The notes: generated by a model not told the origin, from the sequence alone. Counted from the first letter of the whole stretch, positions 31,061 to 40,728 are shown. The stretch is DNA of 63,998 nucleotides, filler included, from a bacterium (GCA_037439705.1; 10 parts of 10 records of this genome joined end to end with filler, not necessarily neighbours in it), one strand, 5' to 3'. Numbers and translations: made by a program.

Positions 31061-32037
31061 TTACCGAACAGAGCTTCTCTTGAATGAAACCCTGATTTTA
31101 TTATCACCTCTTCAATGTTATCTTTGTTCACCAATTTTACAGGAATAAGCGCAGTTCTCACATCCAGTTTTCCGTTAAAAATTTTTGTATCATATTGGAC
31201 CTCCTCACCCTTCAGAAACCTTTCTGCTACCTCAACTGCTTTTTCTGCCAGTGGTTTTATATCCTTCAAAACATCAATTGTCTGTTCACCATTTATTATG
31301 AGTTTACAATTTGGAAGGTCAGCATCCGCTCCAGCGGTAAAAACCCTCTTTAAAAGACCGAATTCCTTTAAAACCTCAATAGCCCCAAGGATCATGGAAG
31401 AATTATTTGCAAGAACAGCATCAATTTTATTGCCAAATTTCTCTATAACGGTTCTCATTGTATTTTTTGCCTCCTCACGATACCAGTTTTTATGGGATTT
31501 TTTTTCTATTATCTTTATCTCCGGATATCCGTTGAGAATCAAAAGATTTCCCGATGTTATCTGATGGGCTACAGAGTGCCCCTCTTCGCCCATTAAAATG
31601 ACATAATTCCCCTTTCCACCTGTTGCCCTTACAGCCTCTTTTGCCTGAAGCACTCCGACACTGAAATTATCGTGGGTAACATAATAATCAAGTTCCCCAT
31701 CCTTAATGAATCTATCGTATGCAATCACAGGCACACCTTTCTTGTGGGCAATTTCAACTATCGGAAAAGAATCCTCTGAACTCACCGGCTGAACAACAAG
31801 AACTTTTATTCCCCTTTCAACTGCTTTTTTCACCTTTTCAATCTGCACTTTCTGATTTCCATCCGCGGAATCAAAATAAACGGTTAATCCATCCTCTTTT
31901 GCCTTATTAATAAAAAAATCACTGTCCTTTTTATACCTTTCTTCCTTCATCGTTGCCAGAATAAACCCGATATCCTCTCCTCTTCCCTGATTTACAAACC
32001 AGAAAAAAACGGTCAAAATAAGTATTAAATTCTTCAT
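31057..32037 (-). CDS. XylF/ChvE-like periplasmic sugar-binding protein (start likely 32037)
   Basis: Signal peptide, EERY.KD, VIAYDR, DNF.VG.LQA, GADAD, K.I..LA..A. Confidence 0.85.
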   Translation of the reverse strand: MKNLILILTVFFWFVNQGRGEDIGFILATMKEERYKKDSDFFINKAKEDGLTVYFDSADGNQKVQIEKVKKAVERGIKVLVVQPVSSEDSFPIVEIAHKKGVPVIAYDRFIKDGELDYYVTHDNFSVGVLQAKEAVRATGGKGNYVILMGEEGHSVAHQITSGNLLILNGYPEIKIIEKKSHKNWYREEAKNTMRTVIEKFGNKIDAVLANNSSMILGAIEVLKEFGLLKRVFTAGADADLPNCKLIINGEQTIDVLKDIKPLAEKAVEVAERFLKGEEVQYDTKIFNGKLDVRTALIPVKLVNKDNIEEVIIKSGFHSREALFGK

Positions 32038-32044
32038 CAAATCC

Positions 32045-32072
32045 ATTATATAACCTCTATCATCATAATCAA
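32045..32072 (-). promoter_or_regulatory. Sigma70-type promoter, probably leaderless
   Basis: TTGATT-16-TATAAT, 7 nt before ATG 32037, no SD. Confidence 0.55.
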
Positions 32073-32114
32073 TTTCCCAGAAATTTCCAGCCCTTTGGCA
32101 TTCCTAAAAAATTG

Positions 32115-32144
32115 TTGACATTTTTTGAAAATTCATTCTATAAT
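32115..32144 (+). promoter_or_regulatory. Sigma70 promoter of tRNA-Cys
   Basis: TTGACA-18-TATAAT ending 7 nt before the tRNA. Confidence 0.8.
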
Positions 32145-32151
32145 TAAATAA

Positions 32152-32223
32152 GGCGGCATAGCCAAGTGGAAAGGCGGCGGTCTGCAAAACCGCTATACCC
32201 CGGTTCGAATCCGGGTGCCGCCT
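32152..32223 (+). tRNA. tRNA-Cys (GCA), CCA not encoded
   Basis: Acceptor GGCGGCA/TGCCGCC, anticodon arm GCGGT-CTGCAAA-ACCGC, T-loop TTCGAAT, discriminator T. Confidence 0.96.
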
Positions 32224-32240
32224 TTTATTTTTAATTTAAG

Positions 32241-33916
32241 TTGAAACTTTACGGGTCTCTGATTCACGAACTCCAGAGGAAAGAAAAAGTTTTTCTTTTT
32301 TCCATTATAATTTCAGGTTTTCTCTTAAGGTTCTTCGGAATATGGAGAAATCTTCCCTACGGGTTAAATCCTGATGAACCACTTCTTATGAGGGAGGCTT
32401 TGAGGTTTGGTCAGAATTTTAACATAGGGGAGCCAGTTAAATCCGCCCCATTTATGATAATTAATTTTACAATTCTTTCATTTTATTACATAGGAGGAAG
32501 AGCCCTTGGTTTTTTCAATTCTCCCGAAGACATTGCTGTCCAATTTGTAAAAAATCCCAACAATCTATATCTTATAATCCGAACTTTTTCTTCTATCCTT
32601 TCTACCCTCTCCATTATTCTTGTTGGGATATTTATCTACAGGATTTTTAAAAAAAAGAGTTTCTTTTTATGGTCAATTCTTCTTTACTCCTTTCTCCCAG
32701 CTTCAATTTGGACTGGAAGAATAATGAAAGAGGACAATTTTGCTATTTTGCTTTTTCTCTTAGCGCTCATTTATCTTTACAGCCTTTACGATGAAGGTGG
32801 AATAAAAAAATTTTTCACCGCGGGATTCCTTACTGGAATATCTGTTGCAGGAAAGGGATACGCGATATTCCTTTATCCCGTTATTTTTTTGATATGGCTT
32901 CAGAAAAGAGAAAAACTGAAATCTCTCTTCTCTTCAATAATTGGGGTAATCGCGGGAAATTCCATTGCCAACCCCTATCCATATTTCAATTTTGACAAAA
33001 ACCTCACGGTCACATTTTTGGGACCCATTCTTCCATTTTTAATAACCCTCTTCGGAATAAAAACCTCAGAAGAAAGTTTCAGGTATGTAAAAATAGCAGG
33101 GGGATTAGGATGGGAAATTGGTGGAGGGTTGAATGAAATAAAAGATGCTGTTGAAACAGGAACAGGCTGGTTTTTTTTAATATCGGTTGCAATTGGCTTT
33201 TTCTATACCGTTATAAAAAGAAAAGATAAGGTGCTTCTTCCAGCCCTTATCTTTATTCCTCTCTACTCCTCTGCAATACTTCTCAATTCACAGTGCTTTC
33301 CTCATTATTTCCTCCCAATTGTTCCTTTTGGGCTTATTGTCTTACTTTTTATGCTTCAAAATCTGAAAGAGATTTTTAGATATGGAATTTTAAGCCTGCT
33401 ACTATTTTCCTTTCTTTTCATTTCATTAAAAATGGTTATTCCTGATATTACAGCACAGCCTACAGAAAAACTTGCCCTTCAATGGATAAAGGAGAATATA
33501 ACTAATGACAAAAAACTCCTAATTGACCAGGGTTTATTTTATTATGGACTTCCTGAAAAGAAGGAAACGGTGCTGAGAGAATTTGAACAATATAAAATGC
33601 TTGACCCATCCATAAGCGGAAGAACATTCAAGTTGAGACTGAAATTTGCTGACGAAAATGGATATGATGTTTACAGAACCTTCATATATGATCCTGAAGC
33701 GCGGGGACTCTCTGATAAAAGACCTGGAATATACACCTCTGATGAAGTAAAGAAAAACTTTGATTATGTAATCGTTGAAAATTCAAACATAAGAAAGGCG
33801 GAAAGTGGAAACCTTGAATGGATGAAGGAATTTTACATAAAAACCCTTGGTGAGCTTGAAAAGGTTGTTGAATTCCTGCCAGTAGGCTTGAAGGTAAAAG
33901 GAGAAGGGATTACAAA
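32241..33916 (+). CDS. GT-C membrane glycosyltransferase (ArnT/PMT-like), 3' truncated
   Basis: N-terminal TM then LPYGLNPDE acidic loop, many TM helices, soluble C-terminal domain. Confidence 0.75.
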
Positions 33917-34050
33917 NNNNNNNNNNNNNNNNNNNNNNNNNNNNNNNNNNNNNNNNNNNNTTAATTAATTAANNNNNNNNNNNNNNNNNNNNNNNNNNNN
34001 NNNNNNNNNNNNNNNNTTTTTTCATTTCTTCCTCCTTATTTATTTTTTTA

Positions 34051-34080
34051 ATTCTATCTCTTTTAATTGAGAAATGTCAA
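34051..34080 (-). promoter_or_regulatory. Divergent sigma70 promoter for a gene (MKK..., start 34025) running off the scaffold
   Basis: TTGACA-18-TAGAAT followed by AAGGAGG and ATG AAA AAA. Confidence 0.6.
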
Positions 34081-34101
34081 GGATTTTTTATTCTCCTAAA
34101 C

Positions 34102-34131
34102 TTGACAAGGAAAAGGTTTTTAAGGTATAAT
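34102..34131 (+). promoter_or_regulatory. Consensus sigma70 promoter, probably leaderless
   Basis: TTGACA-18-TATAAT, ATG 34138 six nt downstream, no SD. Confidence 0.75.
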
Positions 34132-34137
34132 GAATAT

Positions 34138-35271
34138 ATGCCCCTGATAAAAATTGACAGATCAAAGTATTTAGCAGCAGCCTTAAACCGTTTAAAAGAG
34201 GTTCCTGTATTTTCTCCTCAACAGGCATACCATAAACTTGAAGAACTCGGTTACAGGGGTCAGGAAAAAGCAAGAAAAGCTGTATGCCTTCTCGCCTACA
34301 GGCATGTGAGAAGGCTGAAGATGATACACCTGTATGGATATCCAAGGACAGAACTTCCACCTCATTCCAATTTTTTACTTATGGGACCCACAGGTTGCGG
34401 GAAGACATTTCTGGTAGAACTTCTCTTCCGAGAAATTCTGAAGCTTCCCACAGTAATAATTGACATAACTGGCTTTTCTGAAACTGGATATGTGGGAGAT
34501 GATGTAAAAACAATTCTAACACGACTTCTTTATGTAAGTGATTTTAATCCCCACTGGGCAAGTTTTGGAGTTGTATGTATAGATGAGTTTGATAAACTGG
34601 CAACCACAAGAAATACCGCTGTGTTTGATGGGGCAGGCACGACCAAGGATGTAAGCGGACTTGGAGTTCAGAGGGAACTGCTGAAACTTCTGGAAGGAAG
34701 TGAGGTGCATATTCCCCTTGATTTCACAAATACCTGTTACAGCGAAAGAATTCCAATTTCCACAGAAGATATAGCATTTATATGTTGCGGTGCATTCTCT
34801 GGCTTTAAATCTGCTGCCTTTTCCAAGACATCGGGAATAGGTTTTGAAAAGGAACTCAGGGGAGATGGAAATGAAAAAATAGCGGTTCACCTGAGCGAAA
34901 ATATAATAGAGGATACAGAAAATTTCAGCATATACGGGTTTCTTCCCGAACTCATCGGAAGATTCAACAGAATCATTGCACTTGAACCTCTCTCAAAAGA
35001 AGTCCTGAAAGACATTCTCATTTCAAATGTGATTAAAAAATACGAGAAGGAATTTTCCCTTGAAGGATTTGAACTTGAGGTGGACGATGAAGTCCTTGAA
35101 ATGATAGTTGAGGAAAGTTTGAAGAAACAAACAGGAGCAAGGGGTTTGAATGCCCTTCTCTCCAAGCATATAGAAGAGTCAGCATTTGCAGCATTCGGGC
35201 AAAAGAAAAAGGGGAAGGTCAGTTTAAAAGTTGAGAATGACAAAATAGTCCACAAAATATATCCTCAATGA
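34138..35271 (+). CDS. ClpX-like AAA+ ATPase without N-terminal zinc-binding domain
   Basis: GPTGCGKT, ETGYVG, IDEFDK, DVSGLGVQ.ELLKLLEG, IGF loop, PELIGRF, TGARGL. Confidence 0.85.
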   Translation: MPLIKIDRSKYLAAALNRLKEVPVFSPQQAYHKLEELGYRGQEKARKAVCLLAYRHVRRLKMIHLYGYPRTELPPHSNFLLMGPTGCGKTFLVELLFREILKLPTVIIDITGFSETGYVGDDVKTILTRLLYVSDFNPHWASFGVVCIDEFDKLATTRNTAVFDGAGTTKDVSGLGVQRELLKLLEGSEVHIPLDFTNTCYSERIPISTEDIAFICCGAFSGFKSAAFSKTSGIGFEKELRGDGNEKIAVHLSENIIEDTENFSIYGFLPELIGRFNRIIALEPLSKEVLKDILISNVIKKYEKEFSLEGFELEVDDEVLEMIVEESLKKQTGARGLNALLSKHIEESAFAAFGQKKKGKVSLKVENDKIVHKIYPQ

Positions 35272-35978
35272 AAATTCTTCTTTTTTTATTTTTGCTATCT
35301 TTTGAAAATGAGGTGGAAAAAATAAAAAAAGGATATTTTCTTATTGATGTGTGCTTTTATTTTGGAGAAAGGAAGGTAAGCGAAGAATATTCAGGAGAAA
35401 AAATTTCAGGAAGTATGTACTCCACAAGAGCCGTTTTAAAAATCTCGGGAAAGCCACTTGAATTTTTAGAAATCTCCGGAATGGTTGGGGTAGGAAATAT
35501 ATCCTTTGATGTTTATGATATGACTTATGACTATATTACAGATTTTGATGGAAGTTACGAACTTGTATATGGTGGAGGGCTAACATTAAATTTTCTTGTT
35601 CCTAAGCCCCCTTCTTATGTGGGTGCATTCATTGAAGGCAGTTTCTTGAGATTAGTATCAAGGGACAGGGTTAAAATTATGGATATTGGGTGGATAAAGG
35701 AAATTATTGACTGGCAGGAACTTGAAATAAAACTGGGACTTGAAAGACCATTCAGGTTATGGCACCTGAAAGGAGGAATAAAGGGTTCTGAACTTTTTGG
35801 AACAGATACTTTAGAAGGTAACGGCAAGGGAGAATACAAAATGAGGGCATCAAATAAAATAGGAATTTTTTTTACCTTTGACATATTCCTTGAAAAATCC
35901 CAGAAGACTGCTTTTTATGTAGACCTGTCCGCAGTGGATTCAAATTATTTTAAATTGGGGATAAAGCGATGGCTATGA
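35268..35978 (+). CDS. Hypothetical exported protein, possible outer-membrane beta-barrel
   Basis: Short signal peptide, alternating aromatic/Gly beta strands. Confidence 0.55.
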   Translation: MKILLFLFLLSFENEVEKIKKGYFLIDVCFYFGERKVSEEYSGEKISGSMYSTRAVLKISGKPLEFLEISGMVGVGNISFDVYDMTYDYITDFDGSYELVYGGGLTLNFLVPKPPSYVGAFIEGSFLRLVSRDRVKIMDIGWIKEIIDWQELEIKLGLERPFRLWHLKGGIKGSELFGTDTLEGNGKGEYKMRASNKIGIFFTFDIFLEKSQKTAFYVDLSAVDSNYFKLGIKRWL

Positions 35979-36211
35979 GAAAATGGCTTTTAGTATTCCT
36001 ACTCTTTTTCCTTTTGGGATGTGCTACCACAGGTGGTTACTATTCCTACAAATTTCCAGAACCACCCTCTTATCCAATTTCAGCCACTGTATTTATCATA
36101 GAAAGGTATCCATATCCTTTGTGGTGGGATGACTGGTTTTTCTACGGTGGAATCTATTTTTACTTTCCCTATTATCCCGAAAGATACAGGTTGAAAAGAA
36201 GGATAAGATAA
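35975..36211 (+). CDS. Small Tyr/Pro/Trp-rich lipoprotein
   Basis: MRKW...FLLGC lipobox; ATGA overlap with upstream stop. Confidence 0.65.
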   Translation: MRKWLLVFLLFFLLGCATTGGYYSYKFPEPPSYPISATVFIIERYPYPLWWDDWFFYGGIYFYFPYYPERYRLKRRIR

Positions 36212-36214
36212 GAG

Positions 36215-38074
36215 TTAAAATAGAAATTTTGCCAGAAATGTTAAAAGGGTAGCAACGAGCGTATTAAAAATTGCTGAGAGAAATGTGAACTTTCCTCCAA
36301 AGTTTCTCCATGTATATATAATTGTGGCAAGACAGGGAATGTAATAGGTTATGAATAGGGTAAACCTTATTATTTCCCCGATGCTCATATATTGAGAAAT
36401 ATCTGTCGTGCCAAGAGCTCCAATAAGCATAATCATTGAAAGTTCCTTCCTCAGGATACCAAATATGAGGACTGTTCCAGCTACAGAAGGAAGTCCTAAA
36501 ATTCCACTGGTAAATGGCGCAAGAAAAGAATTTATTTTGCCTTCCGCCCCAAAAACCCTTAAAAGAGAAAAGAAGATGCTTCCTATAATGAGAACAGGCC
36601 ATGCTCTGAATATAAAATCTTTTACCCTAAACCACACCTTTTTGAAAACCATACCCGGGTATGGAACCCTGTAAGGAGGAATTTCTATTATCAAACCTGG
36701 AGCAGGAGAGGTAAGCCCTGCTATCATCCTTCCAAGAAGAGCAATTACAAGGAGGTTGAAAAGGTAATAACCTGCTACCGCTAAAAATCCTCCGTAGAAA
36801 TCCACCAGCGCAAGAATAACCGTTGTTCTAGCTGAACAGGGAATTAATCCTGTAAGAAGGGTTACTTTCTTCCTTTCCGATTCTGTTTCAAGGATTTTTG
36901 TGCTCATGATTGCTGGAACAGTGCATCCATATCCTATTATAAAGGGAATAACCGATTTTCCGTGAAGACCAATCCTGTGCATTATATTGTCAAAAGCAAA
37001 GGCTATTCTCGGAAGGATACCGACATCCTCCGTAAGGGAGAGAAAGAAAAGAAGCGGAACAAGATATGGTATTACAACAGCAATTCCTCCTGTTATCCCC
37101 TGAACCAATCCCTCCATAATCCTGTAAGTCCATCCGTGATATTCTGAAAGATAATTGAGCAGTTTATCAAATGGAGAAAGCGCTATTTCTTCAATCCACC
37201 CGCCAATGGAAAATATTATGAAGAGAAGGAAAAAGAAAAAGGAAATTGAAAATAGATACCCCCTCCATCCGGTAAGAAGTAAAGCATCAATCCGATTTTC
37301 AAGTGTGCTCCTCTTTCCCTTAAAAACCTTCGCAACCCCCTCAAAAGTTTTCATCGCCAAATCATGCCTTTCTTTTATTATAAGCTCTCCCAGTTTACCT
37401 TCTTCTATTTCCTCCGCACCTTTCACTTGATTCTTGAAAAACTTGTCCCCTTCAAGGATTTTTATGGCAAACAGTCTGCCCCTGTTTCCAGTTAGCGAGA
37501 ATTTCTTCATGCATTTTTCAATCTCTCTTTCTATCATTTCATCGTATTTAAATTGGAAGGGTTTCCTTCTTCCTTCTGCTACCTCTATGGCAGTCCAGAA
37601 TAATTCCCTTATTCCTTTGCCCTTAATCGCTATAGTCTTTACAGCAGGAATTCCCAGTTTCTCCTCAAGTTTTTTCTCATCAATAATTATGCCTTTCTTT
37701 TCCGCTTCATCTATCATGTTGAGACAAACCACCATTGGAACATCGTGTTCAATAAGTTCAAAAGTGAGTTCAAGGCTTCTTGACATCACAGAAGCATCCA
37801 TCACATTTATTACCACATCAAAATCTCCTTCAAGGAGAAACTGAACTGCTGAGAGTTCAGCAGCATCCATAGTAGAAAGTGAATAGGTTCCTGGGAGGTC
37901 AATAAGCTCAATGGTTCTATTTCCAAATTTTATTTGTGTTCTTGTATATTCAACCGTTGTTCCTGGAAAGTTGCTTACAATTGCTTTATATCCGGCAACC
38001 GCATTAAAGAGGGTTGATTTTCCGCAATTAGGCTGACCCGCAAGCGCTATTTTAATTATGTTGTTTTCTTTCAT
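36215..38074 (-). CDS. feoB: Ferrous iron transporter B
   Basis: GQPNCGKS, NFPGTTV, DLPGTYS, NMID, GYGC.VPA, PCSAR, membrane domain. Confidence 0.95.
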   Translation of the reverse strand: MKENNIIKIALAGQPNCGKSTLFNAVAGYKAIVSNFPGTTVEYTRTQIKFGNRTIELIDLPGTYSLSTMDAAELSAVQFLLEGDFDVVINVMDASVMSRSLELTFELIEHDVPMVVCLNMIDEAEKKGIIIDEKKLEEKLGIPAVKTIAIKGKGIRELFWTAIEVAEGRRKPFQFKYDEMIEREIEKCMKKFSLTGNRGRLFAIKILEGDKFFKNQVKGAEEIEEGKLGELIIKERHDLAMKTFEGVAKVFKGKRSTLENRIDALLLTGWRGYLFSISFFFFLLFIIFSIGGWIEEIALSPFDKLLNYLSEYHGWTYRIMEGLVQGITGGIAVVIPYLVPLLFFLSLTEDVGILPRIAFAFDNIMHRIGLHGKSVIPFIIGYGCTVPAIMSTKILETESERKKVTLLTGLIPCSARTTVILALVDFYGGFLAVAGYYLFNLLVIALLGRMIAGLTSPAPGLIIEIPPYRVPYPGMVFKKVWFRVKDFIFRAWPVLIIGSIFFSLLRVFGAEGKINSFLAPFTSGILGLPSVAGTVLIFGILRKELSMIMLIGALGTTDISQYMSIGEIIRFTLFITYYIPCLATIIYTWRNFGGKFTFLSAIFNTLVATLLTFLAKFLF

Positions 38075-38304
38075 TCAATTTCTTCTACAATTATTTTTTG
38101 AGCCATCCCTCTTCCAATTGCAATTTTTGTCCCTTTTGTCAGGTTTTCAATTATAAATGGACCCGTTTCTTCCATTCCCGCAACAACTACCACTTCATCT
38201 CCCGGCTCAATACCGAGAGAAAGAATCTTTCTCCTGAAACCCCATCCACCCGTGAAATCCTTTATTCTTACATTTTTTCCCTTTTTTGCATCCGCTATTG
38301 TCAT
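38071..38304 (-). CDS. feoA: Ferrous iron transport protein A (start likely 38304)
   Basis: LSLGIEPG, GP, IAIGRGMA.KI.V; coupled to feoB. Confidence 0.92.
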   Translation of the reverse strand: MTIADAKKGKNVRIKDFTGGWGFRRKILSLGIEPGDEVVVVAGMEETGPFIIENLTKGTKIAIGRGMAQKIIVEEIE

Positions 38305-38307
38305 AAT

Positions 38308-38326
38308 GAAAATGAATATCATTTTC
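38308..38326. promoter_or_regulatory. Fur box upstream of feoAB
   Basis: Minus strand GAAAATGATATTCATTTTC matches 16/19 of GATAATGATAATCATTATC; TTGACT -35 at 38336-38341. Confidence 0.85.
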
Positions 38327-38577
38327 TATAAACAAAGTCAAGAAACGAAATTGGGTTTTGTGGTCAGGTCTTGCTTTTTGACTTTTTTAAACCTTTAAAT
38401 CCTGTTCCTTTCAAAGCCTTTTCTATCCCTAAAACCCTAAAAACGCCACCTTTTCATCCAATTTTACCCCATTCAACTCAAATTTTCCCCCTTCCCTTAC
38501 TAACAATGTATATGCATGTCTACAAAAACCTTCTTGATTATTTAAATTCTACTGGTAAAAATTAACCTGAGAACGAA

Positions 38578-39594
38578 ATGAAGCTGGGAAAAAAGTTTAA
38601 AGAATTGGTTGTTGTTTTTTTATTTATCAATTCCTGCGGATTCACTCCCGAATGTCCGGAGCCAGGAGCTCAAAACCTATCTTATCCTGTGGACGGAATA
38701 ATAAGGGATGCTCAACTGTTTGTCCTGAATTCTGATGAAAACTTTGATTATTGCTCAAGTTTTATATCCGTGTTCAAAATTGATGGGGAAAACCTTGAAC
38801 CGCTCAAAGTAATTCTGCCCGAAAACCCGGAAGATTTTTTGCTTGCAGGAAGAATTATCTCAGCGGATGAAAGGATATTTGTGACAGAAAGGGGAAAGGG
38901 AATGATTTTTGTTTTTTCAAAGGAGGGAGATGTCCTGGAAAAGTTTGAGGAAGGTGGAAATCCCTATGATATCATTTTCATAAAGGGAGAAAGTGAAAAC
39001 TGGCTCGTAACCGCAAACCTCAAAACAAACACGGTAACAATATATACAGCAGAAAAAATTCAAAAAATTAAAGATTTTCCTTATCCCTATCCCCCTGTTT
39101 CAATGGTTTATAATAAAGATTTAAACAAAATTTTTGTGGGATTTTCCGCTTCATCTGATATGGCTGTGATAAGTCTTGATCCTGAAGCCCCATACCCTTC
39201 AGAAACCACCTCCATTTCTCCCGATGGAAATATCTCCTCTATAAAAAATTTATCTCTATACAGGGATGGAATTTATGCTGTTATGGAAAATCCTTCCTCC
39301 CTTGTCTTTGTTGAAGCAAATCCTCCATTTTATCCGAGGCTTCTTTACCTGTTCAGGGAAAGGATTTTTTCAGTTGAGATAATAGAAGAAAAAAATCTTC
39401 TCCTTGCCCTCTCTCCACTTGGGGACACAATTTATGGATTTTCAATTAATCCGTTTCTTTTCCTCTGGAAAATAGAAGTAAAAGGAAATCCTGTAATAGC
39501 TCTTTATTCTGAAAAAAGCGGATTGATTTATATAATTCCTATGATGGAGAAAAAAATAAAAATTTTAAATCCCGAAACCCTGGAATTAAAATGA
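38578..39594 (+). CDS. Lipoprotein, probable YVTN/YncE-like beta-propeller
   Basis: FINSC lipobox; repeated blade motifs (LFVLNS, IFVTER, NPYDI, TANLKTNTVTI, GNP). Confidence 0.65.
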   Translation: MKLGKKFKELVVVFLFINSCGFTPECPEPGAQNLSYPVDGIIRDAQLFVLNSDENFDYCSSFISVFKIDGENLEPLKVILPENPEDFLLAGRIISADERIFVTERGKGMIFVFSKEGDVLEKFEEGGNPYDIIFIKGESENWLVTANLKTNTVTIYTAEKIQKIKDFPYPYPPVSMVYNKDLNKIFVGFSASSDMAVISLDPEAPYPSETTSISPDGNISSIKNLSLYRDGIYAVMENPSSLVFVEANPPFYPRLLYLFRERIFSVEIIEEKNLLLALSPLGDTIYGFSINPFLFLWKIEVKGNPVIALYSEKSGLIYIIPMMEKKIKILNPETLELK

Positions 39595-40457
39595 AAAAAA
39601 GACTCATAATTCTCACCTTCCTTCTTCTTGGATGTGCAGGGGAAGAAAACATAATAAAAGTGCGCTTCCCGGACTCCATATCAGCGATAAAAAAAGATGT
39701 TGATTACATCTTTATAACAAGTAAAGGGGATAGAAAATACCTTCTTATCACAGAAGACGGGAAAAAAATTGATGATGGAGAATTTGACTGCATTCCTGTG
39801 AGCACCGTCTCCTTCTTTCAAAAATTTTTTATCTTCTGTGAGAACGAAAAAGAATTGAAGGTCGAGATCTATACACATGAAGCTCAAAAAAATACTCTCC
39901 GGTTAATAACTGAAATCCCAGGAATTTTCACGGGTGCAATTTTATGTGAGGATAAAATCTGCTTTTCAGTAAAAAGGGATGTAAAAACTGAATTTCGTGA
40001 GATGGAAGAAGAGGAAATTACCATGGTATCTTCTCATGACGGAATATGCACTCAATTAAGTGCTTCTCAATTTATATGCGATGGATTCTTATATCCTCAC
40101 GGATTCACGCTTCCTGCGGGAAGTTTTGTGTTTCCTGATTCCATATCCGGTCCCCTTCTCGTTTCCGGAAGGGAAGTGTGGATTATAAAAGATGAAAAAC
40201 TGGTAAAATGGCGCACCCTTTCCGCACACCCCCTTTCTTTTCTTTCATTTGAAAACTTTATAGCATTTTTTGATGTCCTCGGCTATGCAAGGATTATAGA
40301 TAGAAAAACCCAGATAGAAACCTCAATTTCCTGTGGGAGTTATCCTGTATCTGCTACTGGCACAAGTGAAGAAAGGGTATATGTTCTCAATGAGATAAAC
40401 CCATCGATTACTGTCCTCGATTTAAAAGGAATGAGGGAAATAAAAACAATATGGTAG
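39591..40457 (+). CDS. Lipoprotein, probable beta-propeller
   Basis: LLLGC lipobox; C-terminal GSYP...RVYVLN...SITVLD blade; ATGA-type overlap. Confidence 0.65.
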   Translation: MKKRLIILTFLLLGCAGEENIIKVRFPDSISAIKKDVDYIFITSKGDRKYLLITEDGKKIDDGEFDCIPVSTVSFFQKFFIFCENEKELKVEIYTHEAQKNTLRLITEIPGIFTGAILCEDKICFSVKRDVKTEFREMEEEEITMVSSHDGICTQLSASQFICDGFLYPHGFTLPAGSFVFPDSISGPLLVSGREVWIIKDEKLVKWRTLSAHPLSFLSFENFIAFFDVLGYARIIDRKTQIETSISCGSYPVSATGTSEERVYVLNEINPSITVLDLKGMREIKTIW

Positions 40458-40528
40458 GCACGGCCAGATTTGAACTGGCGACCTGTCGGATGTGACCCGA
40501 CCGCTCTCCCCAGCTGAGCTACGTGCCT
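40452..40528 (-). tRNA. tRNA-Val (CAC), CCA encoded
   Basis: AGGCACG/CGTGCCT acceptor, GCTC/GAGC D-stem, GTCGG-GTCACAT-CCGAC anticodon arm, TTCAAAT T-loop, ACCA. Confidence 0.93.
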
Positions 40529-40574
40529 GTTAAAAAAATAATAGTTAAAATTTGGAAAAAAATCAAGAAGCTGT

Positions 40575-40628
40575 CTCTTTCAGGTTAAGAGATAGTATCC
40601 GGGGATGTAAGGTATGGAAAAGGAGATG
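40575..40628 (+). repeat. 54-bp dispersed repeat, copy 2 (scaffold end)
   Basis: 51/54 identical to 20346-20399. Confidence 0.9.
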
Positions 40629-40728
40629 NNNNNNNNNNNNNNNNNNNNNNNNNNNNNNNNNNNNNNNNNNNNTTAATTAATTAANNNNNNNNNNNNNNNN
40701 NNNNNNNNNNNNNNNNNNNNNNNNNNNN

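Noticed and set aside
32152-33916. Genomic island integrated at tRNA-Cys
   Set aside because: No integrase or duplicated tRNA 3' end visible before the scaffold ends
38371-38565. 64-aa ORF or ncRNA in the feoA-lipoprotein intergenic region
   Set aside because: No RBS, recognisable motif or convincing secondary structure
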